Source of the DNA: Dehalococcoidia bacterium
Lineage (GTDB): Bacteria; Chloroflexota; Dehalococcoidia; Lucifugimonadales; G958296245
Assembly (NCBI GenBank): GCA_963664035.2
Contig: OY760867.2
Location: 192,881-256,880 of the forward strand
Direction of reading: 5' to 3'
Length of the DNA: 64,000 bases
Part shown: positions 24,544 through 33,500 of the stretch, one piece after another
Layout: the number at the start of each line of letters is the position of its first letter
How positions within the stretch are numbered: the first letter of the stretch is position 1
Translations under genes and position numbers: made by a program
Notes under the pieces: generated by a model
What the model saw: only the letters and a program-made list of their open reading frames with translations
Database searches by the model: none
What the model was told of the DNA's origin: nothing

Positions 24544-27500
24544 CTAGACAGGGTTATGCTTCAGTCGGCGGCGCCTGTAGACGATCCACAGGACGACCAA
24601 CAACAGCGCCAGCAGCAGCCACAGCCAGTTCACCAGGGACAGGTCCGCCAGCAGGACCAGCGCGCCGGGCTCGCTCACCTCTATGTCGAACTCCGCCGTC
24701 ACCGCTGCGTTCACGCCGTCGGACGCCGTTATCGTCACCGTGTAGGTAGCAGTCGTCGCGTCCGACGAGACCGTGCCCGACACCTTCCCGCCGGAGTAGG
24801 ACAGGCCGCCGGGAAGCCCGGTCAGCGACACCGACACCGCGTCGCCGTCGGGGTCCGCGACCGCGATGGCGAAGGACGCGATGGTCTCGCCCTGCCGGTA
24901 CTCCTTGTCCCCAGGCGCCGTCACCGACGGCGGGCCGTTCGGCGCCGCCACGCTCTCGTCCACGTCGGTAACGCCGATGGTCACCGAGACCGTCGCGTCC
25001 ACGGCAGCGTCGGCGTTGCCGTCCGCGTCCAACCCGTCGCTCACGCTCACCGTCACGGCGTAGCTGCTCTTCGTCTCGTAGTCCAGCACAGCCCCGGAAG
25101 CCACGCTTATCTGCCCGGTCTCCGCGTCTATGGCGAACTCGGATGCGCCGCTCAGGCCGTAGCTCAGAGCGTCGCCGTCAGCGTCCGTGGCGGTCACCGG
25201 ACCGCCCACCGCCGTCCCGGCCGCCGAGTTCTCGGCTATCTCGCGCGACGCGCCGGACGGGAAGGCCGGAGCAGCGTTCGGCTTCGCCGTAGCGCCCGCG
25301 CCGCTCTCAGACCACTCGCTGGCGCCCTCGTCGTTGATCGCCCGCACCTGCGCCTCGTATGTCGTGTCGCTCTCCAGGCCCGCGATGGCCGCGCCGGTCA
25401 CCGTCCCAACCACTGGGTGGGAAGTCCAGCCACTGGCGCCCTCCGCCCTGTACCGCAGGTCGTACCCCGTTATGGCGGGGCCGCCGCCGTTGGCAGGCGC
25501 ATCCCAACCCACGCTCAGCGCGCTGGTGGGAGTGACCGCGGCTGCGGACACAGACGGCGCGTCAGGCCTCGAGGGAGGCTCGTCAACGTCGGCAACCCGG
25601 ATGGTCACCTTCACCGCCACCTCCGCGTGTACGCCGTCGCTCACGCTTACCGTCACGACGTAGGAGTGGACGGTCTCGTGGTCCAGCACCACGCCAGCGG
25701 CAACGCTTATCTGCCCGGTCTCCGCGTCTATGGCGAACTCGGACGCGCCGCTCAACGTGTAGCTCAGCGCGTCGCCGTCCGCGTCCACCGCGGCCACCGG
25801 CTCACCCACGGGCGTCCCGGCCGCCGAGTTCTCGGCTACCTGCCGCGCCATGCCGGACGGGAAGGTAGGGGCAGCGTTCGGCTTCGCCGTAGCGCCCGCG
25901 CCCGACTCCGACCACTCGCTCGCGCCCTCGTCGTTGATCGCCCGCACCTGCGCCTCATACGTCGTGCCGCTCGCCAGGCCGGTGATGGCCACGCTGGTCG
26001 CGGTGGAGCCGACGGTCGTCCAGCTCGTGTCTCCCTCCGCCCTGTACCGCAGCTCGTAGCCCGTAATGGCAGGGCCGCCGCCGTTGGAAGGCGCGTCCCA
26101 GCCCACGCTCAACGCGCTGGTGGGTGCGCTTGCGGCTGCGGACACCGACGGCGCGTCCGGCCTCGAAGGAGGCTCGTCAACGTCCGTAACCCCGATGGTC
26201 ACCGATATGGAGGCGTCCGACGACCTGCCGCTCGCCCGCACCGTCACGCCGTAGCTGCTCTTCGTCTCGTGGTCCAGCACGGCGCCCGTCACCACGCTTA
26301 TCTGCCCCGTGCCCGCGTCTATCGCGAACTCGGATGCGCCGCCCAACGTGTAGCTCAGGCCGTCGCCCTCGGCGGTCACCGGGTCGCCAACGAGCGTCCC
26401 CGCCACCGCGTTCTCCGACACCTGCCGCGTTACGCTGCCGGACGTAAACGCCACAGCGGCGCTCTCGTCCACGTCGGTCACCCGGATGGTCACCGCGACC
26501 GTCGCGTCCGCCGATCCGTCGCTCGCGCTCACAGTCACGGCGTAGCTGCTCTTCGTCTCGTAGTCCAGCACAGCCCCAGCGGCCACGCTTATCTGCCCCG
26601 TGCCCGCGTCTATGGCGAACTCGGATGCGCCGCTCAGGCTGTAGCTCAGCGCGTCGCCGTCAGCGTCCGTGGCGGTCACAGGGTCGCCCACGAGCGTACC
26701 CGCCGCCGCGTTCTCAGACACCGACCGCGCTACGCCCGACGGGAAGGTCGGCGCCGCGTTCGCCTTTTCGGTAGCGCCCTCTTCGGTAGCGCCCTCGCCG
26801 CTCGCCGACCACTCGCTGGCGCCCTCGTCGTTGACCGCGCGAACCTGCACTTCATAGCTCGTACCGCTCGCCAACCCGCTAATGACCGCGCCGGTCGCCG
26901 TGGAGCTATCGGACTGCCAGCTACCAGCGCCCTTCGCCCTGTACCGCAGGTCGTACCCCGTTATGGCGGGGCCGCCGCCGTTGCCGGGCGCAGCCCAGCC
27001 CACCGTCAGCGCGCTCGTGGGAGCATCCGCGTTCTCGGACACCGACGGCGCGTCAGGCCGCGCCGGAGGCTCGGCAACGTCCGTCACCAGGATGGTCACA
27101 TCCGTCGTGTCGTCCACCGAAGCGTCCGCGTTGCCGTCCGCGTCCAGCCCGTCGCTGACGCCGACCGTCACGCTGTACGACCGCACGCTCTCGTAGTCCA
27201 AGACAGCCCCGGACGCCACCATGATCTGGCCCGTGGCCGCGTCTATCGTGAACTCGTCCGCCCCCGTGATGCTCCAGGTAAGGGCGTCGCCGTCAGAGTC
27301 GGTCGCCTCCACGGGAGTCCCAACCGACGTGTCGGCGGGCGAGTTCTCCGCTACCCGGAAGGTCAGGCCCGTCTTCGTCTTGAGCTTCGCGTCCCCGTTC
27401 GACTGGGCCGCCGGGCGAGACTCGATCGGCCCCTGCTGCTGCACGGGCGCCGCCTGGTACTCGTCAACCACCGTCGCAGCCGGGTAAGCAGTCGTCGAAC

Positions 27501-30500
27501 CCGTGCCGCTATCCGACCACGCGCTCTTGCCCACCCCGTTGATCGCCTGCACCTGCGCCTCGTACGTCGTCTCCTCCGTCAGACCGCTGATCACGACACC
27601 GGTCACCGTGGAACTGTCGGACGACCAGCTCTTAGCCCCATCGACCCTATACCTAATGTTGTAGCCCGTGATCGCAGACCCGTTGTCCGCGGGCGCCGTC
27701 CACGTCACTCTCAACGCCGTCTGAGGCGACGAGCCCGCGGGCGACACCGACGGCGCGTCCGGCTCGTTCGGCGGGTTCGTGATGTCGTCCGCGCTCGGCA
27801 ACACCTCCGTGACGCCCGTGCCCGCGTCCGACCACGCCCCCGTACCCTCCGCGTTGCTCGCCCGCACGCGCGCCTCGTACTTCGAACCCGGCGTCAGGCC
27901 CGTTATCGTGTCGCTCGTCTCCGTCCCGTCGAACGACAGGTCCACCCACGACCCGCCAGCCAACCGGTACTCCACGTCGTAGTCCGTGATCGCCGGCTTC
28001 CCCGTCATGTCCGGCGCCGTCCACGACACGTCCAGCGTCCTGTAACGGTCGCTGCCCTGGAACAGGTCCGGCGCATCGGGCGCGGCCGGAGGCTCCGCAA
28101 CGTCGTTGATGGTGATCGTCACCGTGATGACCGCGTTTATCATGTCGTGGTCGGGGTCGTTCTGGTCCGCGTGGCTCGCAGTCACCGTGATGACGTGCGA
28201 GTGGCTCTGCTCGTAGTTAAGGTTCGCGCCCTGCCGCACCAGGATCTGCCCGGTGGTGGAGTTTATGGTGAACTCGCCGTGCTGGGTCCCGCCCTGGCCG
28301 CCTACCACCTGGTCCGAGGTCATGGCGTACGCCACCGCGTGACCGTCCGAGTCAACCGCCGGCAGAGAGCCGCTCACCGCCGTCCCGCCCGCAGCGTTCT
28401 CGGGCACCTCCACCGACGCCTTCTCGATAGCCCGCGTCCTGGTGGAGCCGCTCGTCGACCAACCGCTCTCCCCCTCGTCGTTGATCGCCTTCACCTGCAC
28501 CTCGTAACGCGTCCCCTTCGCCAGACCGGCTATCGTCGTCGAGGTAGCCGTACCCGTGAAGCTATGGCTCGTCCAGGCGACCGTGCTCGTGCCCGTCTTC
28601 CTGTACCGCACGTCGTAGTCAGTGATAGCCGGCTTGCCCGTCATGTCCGGCGGCGTCCACCACACGTCCAGCGCGGCGCTGGGCGTGTCGGCGTTCTGCT
28701 TCATCGTCGGGCCGTCCGGCGCCGCCGGCGGCTCCGCAACGTCCGTCACATTGATCGTCACAGCTATCGTGTCGTCTATCGCCGCGTCCGGGTTGCCGGA
28801 GTCGTCCTCGTTGTCCGTCACCTGCACCGTCACGCTGTACGTCGCCTTCGCCTCGTAGTCCAGCGCGGCCTTCACCGCGATACGGCCCGTGCCAGACCCT
28901 ATCTCGAACTTCGCCGCGTCCGTCCCGGCCAGGCTGTACTCCAGCGTGTCTTTGTCCGCGTCCGAGGCGAGCACCGCCGCGCCAATGTTCGTACCCGCAG
29001 CCGAGTTCTCGGCTATGCTACGCGTCGCCGAATCGCCCTCCGAGAACTCCGGCGTCTCGTTAACGTCCGTAACGTTGATGGTGACCGGCACCACGTAGTC
29101 GCCAGGCGCGTTCGGGTCCACGCTCGCGCTCTGCACCCCGGCAGACGCCGCCCGCACCGTCACGATGACGCTGTAAGAGGTCTTGTTGCTCTCGTAGTCC
29201 AGCGTCGTCCCGGACTTCACCTTCACCTGCCCCGTCGCGCTCTCGATCGTGAAGCTGCCCGCGTCCGTCCCGCTCAGGCTGTGGCTGTACGTGTACGCTG
29301 TCGAAGTCGCCGTCACCGCAGCGCCGACGTTCGTCCCGGCCGGCGAGTTCTCCGCGATCTCGCGCGTCACACCGCCGGCCCTCGTGATGGCGACGCCGGA
29401 GTTCGACCAATCGCCGTCGCCCTCGGCGTTCGACCCACGCACCTGCACGTCGTAGCTCTTACCAGCCGTCAGCCCCGTTATGCTCGTGCTGGTCGCCGTT
29501 CCCGTGAAGCCCAGGTCCGTCCAGCTCGAACCGCCCGACAGACGGTACTGCACGTCGTAGTCGGTGAGCGCCGGCTTGCCCGTCATGTCAGGCGCCGTCC
29601 ACGACACGTCCAGCTTGCTCGTGGGCGTCGCCGCGTTCGCCGCAACGGTGACGACGGGCTTGGCCGGAGGCTCGGCAACGTCCGTAACGTAGACCGTCAC
29701 CTCTATCGTGTCGTCAACGACCGTGTCCGGGTTGTCGTCCTTGTCCTTGCGGTCGCTCACCTGCACGACGACGCTGTACGAGGTCTTCGCCTCGTAGTTG
29801 GGGACGTACCCCGTCTTGACCTTCACCTGGCCCGTGTTCAGCCCAACGTCGAACTTGCCGCCGTCGGTCCCGCTCAGCGAGTAGTACAGCGTGTGGTTCT
29901 CGGTGTCCGTGGCGGTGACGGGGGCGCCTATGGCCGTGCCCGCCGCCGAGTTCTCCGCGATGCTCCGCGTAGTCGTCGCCGACGGGAACTCCGAGTGGAC
30001 GTTCTTGTCCTGCGTCCGGGCGCTCCCGCTGGCCGACCATGCGCCGTCGCCCTCGTCGTTCACCGCCCGCACCTGCACGTCGTAGCTCGTGTCCTCCGTC
30101 AGACCCGTCAGCCTAGCGGTGGTCGCCGTTCCCGCGTGCGCCCAGGCGCTCCAGGTGGACGTGGCCGTCTTCTTGTACCGCAGGTCGTAGTCCGTGATCG
30201 CCGGCTTGCCCGTCACGTCCGGCGCCGTCCACGACACGTCCAGCTCCGTCTTCGGCGACGGCGAGTGCTGCCACACCGAAGGCGCGGCCGGCGCCGCCGG
30301 CGGCTCGGCAACGTCCGTCACGTTGATCGTCACCGGGACGACGTAGTCGCCCGGCGCGTTCGGGTCGAGGCTCTGTGCGCCGGCCCCCTGGGACTTCGCG
30401 GCCGCCCTCACCGTCACGATCACGCTGTACGAGATCGTGCCCGATTCGTAGTTGAGCGTCGTGCCGGACTTGACGGTTATCTGGCCCGTGGTGGATCCGA

Positions 30501-33500
30501 TCTCGAACTTGCCTGCGTCCGTGCCGCTCAGGCTGTGGGTGTAGGTGTAGCTGGTGTTGGACGCCGTCACCGGCGAGCCCACGTTGGCGCCCGCCGCCGA
30601 GTTCTCGTCGACGCTGCGCGTGACGCCCCCGGCCTTGGTGATGGCGCTGCCGGAGTCGGACCAGGCCCCGTCGCCCTCGGCGTTCACCGCGCGAACCTGC
30701 ACCTCGTAGCTCTTGCCGGAGGTCAGGCCAGTCAGCGCCGTGCTCGTGCCCATGCCCGTGAAGGATGCGTCGGTCCAGGTCGAATCGCCGTGCTTGCGGT
30801 ACTGCACGTCGTAGTCGTCCACCGCCGGCTTGCCCGACATCTGCGTGGTCGTCAGCGCCGTCCACGACACGTCGATCTTCGTCGTCGGCGTCGTGCCGTT
30901 GACGCTGACCGTCGGCGCGGACATCTTCACCGGCGGCTCGGCAACGTCCGCCACGTTGATGGTCACCGGGACGACGTAGTCGCCCGGCGCGTTCGGGTCG
31001 ACGGACTGTGCGCCGGCCCCCTGGGACTTCGCGGCCGCCCTCACCGTCACGATCACGCTGTACGAGATCGTGCCCGATTCGTAGTTGAGCGTCGTGCCGG
31101 ACTTGACGGTTATCTGGCCCGTGGCGGAGCCGATCTCGAACTTGCCTGCGTCCGTGCCGCTCAGGCTGTGGGTGTAGGTGTAGCTGGTGCTGGTCGCCGT
31201 CACCGGCGAGCCCACGTTGGCGCCCGCCGCCGAGTTCTCGTCGATGCTGCGGGTGACGCCCCCGGCCTTGGTGATGGCGCTGCCGGAGTCCGACCATGCG
31301 CCGTCGCCCTCGGCGTTCACCGCGCGAACCTGGACCTCGTAGCTCTTGCCGGAGGTCAGGCCCGTGAGCGCCGTGCTCGTGCCCATGCCCGTGAAGGATG
31401 CGTCGGCCCAGGTCGAGTCGCCGTGCTTGCGGTACTGCACGTCGTAGTCGTCCACCGCCGGCTTGCCCGACATCTGCGTGGTCGTCAGCGCCGTCCACGA
31501 CACGTCGATCTTCGTCGTCGGCGTCGTGCCGTTGAGGACAACGGTCGGCGCGGACATCTTCACCGGCGGCTCGGCAACGTCCGTCACGTTGATGGTGACC
31601 GGGATGATCTTGACCGAGGAGAAGGTGTCGGAGCCGCCGGTCTGGACGGCGTCCACGTGTACCACGACGCTGTAGCTGCTCCTGGCCTCGTAGTCGGGGA
31701 TGTTGCCCGTCTTCACCTTGATCTGCCCGGTGGACGACTCTATCGTGAACTTGTCCTTATCCGTCCCCTCCAGGCGCATGGAAGCATCGTAGTCTTGTAT
31801 GTCAATATGTGAGTTCACCGGCTGCCCCACGTTGGTCCCCGCCGCCGAGTTCTCGGCGACGGGGCGGGTGGCCGGGGCGGGGTCCGTGGTCCACGTGGCG
31901 GAATCCGACCAGTCGCCGTCGCCCTCGTCGTTCGCCGCCCGCACCCGCACGTCGTAGTTCGTGTTTGCTCCGGTCAGGCCCGTAACCGTCGTGCTGGTCG
32001 CCGTTCCGGTGTGCGCGAAGTCCGTCCAATCTGAGTCGCTGGCCTTCTTGTACTGCACGTCGTAGTCCGTGACGGGCGGCTTGCCCGACATCTGCGTGGC
32101 CGTCAGCGCCGTCCACGACAGGTCGAATCTGCCGTGGTAGTTCGACGAGGAGCGGCTCGCCGTCGGCACGGCCAGCTTCGGCGGAGGCTCGTTCACGTCC
32201 GTCACGTCGATCGTCACCGCTATCGTGTCGTCGATCGCGGTGTCCGCCGTGCCGTCGGCCTTCTTCTTGTCCGTGACGTGTACCGTCACGCTGTACGATG
32301 TCTTCGCCTCGTAGTCCGGGATGTTCCCCGCCTTGACAGTTATCTGCCCCGTGCCGGAGCCGATGTCGAACTTGCTCGCGTCCGTGCCCGTCAGCGAGTA
32401 GGTCAGGGTGTCGCTCTCCGGGTCCGTAGCCGTCACCACCGCGCCCACGCTGGTACCCGCCGCAGAGTTCTCGGCGACGCTGCGGGTGGCCGTCGCGTCG
32501 CTGAACTCCGGCGCTTCGTTCACGTCCGTCACGTTGATCGTCACCGGGATGGTGTAGTCGCCCGGCGCGTTCGGGTCCAGGCTCTGCGCGTTGGCCCCCT
32601 GCGCCTTCGCTGCCACCGCTACCTCTACCGTCACGCCGTACGACGTCTTCGTCTCGTAGTCCAGGCTCGTTCCCGTGCCGACGGCTATCTGGCCGGTGGA
32701 CGTGCCGATGCTGAACTTGTCCTTGTCCGTTCCGTCCAGGCTGTAGGTATACGTGTAGCTGGCATTGGCAGTAGCCGCGACCGCCGCGCCGACGCTGGTC
32801 CCGGCGGCGGAGTTCTCGGCAATGCTGCGGGTAACGGCGTTGGCGTCGGTTATGCCCGTGCCGGAGTCCGACCAGTCTCCGTCGCCCTCGGCGTTCCCGG
32901 CCCGCACCTGCACCTCGTAGCTCTTCCCCGTGGTGAGGCTGCTCAGCGTCGCGCTGAGGGTCGTGCTCTTGGTGTTGTCCGTCAATTCCGTCCAAGTGGA
33001 ATCGCCGGTCTTCTTGTACCGGACGTCGTAGTCGTCCACGGCCGGCTTGCCCGTCATGGTCGGGGCCGTCCACGACGCGTTCAGCTCGGTCGCAGGGTCC
33101 GTGCCGTGGGCCACCGTCGGCGCGGACATCTTGGCCGGCGGCTCGTTGACGTCCGTCACGTTGATGGTCACGGCGATGGTGTCGTCGGTGGTGGCCGTCG
33201 TCTCGGTGTCTCCGTCGTCATCCTTCCCGTCCGTGACGTTCACCGTCACGCTGTAGGAGGTCTTCGCCTCGTAGTTCGGGATGTTGCCGCTCTTGACCGT
33301 TATCTGCCCCGTGCCGCTGCCGATGCCGAACTTGCTCGCGTCCGTGCCCGTCAGGCTGTACGTAAGCGTGTCGCTCTCGGGGTCGGTGGCCGTCACCGCC
33401 GCCCCGACGTTGGCGTTGGCGGCCGAGTTCTCCGCGATGCTCCGAGACGCCGTGGCCGACGAGAACGAGGGCGCCTCGTTGCCCTGGGTCGTCCCCTTGC

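Noticed and set aside
24556-31812. Very long plus-strand ORFs antisense to the giant genes (24556..31812, 2418 aa; 41754..46844, 1696 aa; 32134..34254; 47232..49595; 50448..52004; and many 60-460 aa ORFs on either strand)
   Set aside because: They are Arg/Gly/Pro/His-rich low-complexity translations with no domain structure. They lie entirely inside uninterrupted minus-strand ORFs that show clear modular FN3/cadherin repeats. This is the typical stop-codon-poor shadow-frame pattern in high-GC DNA.
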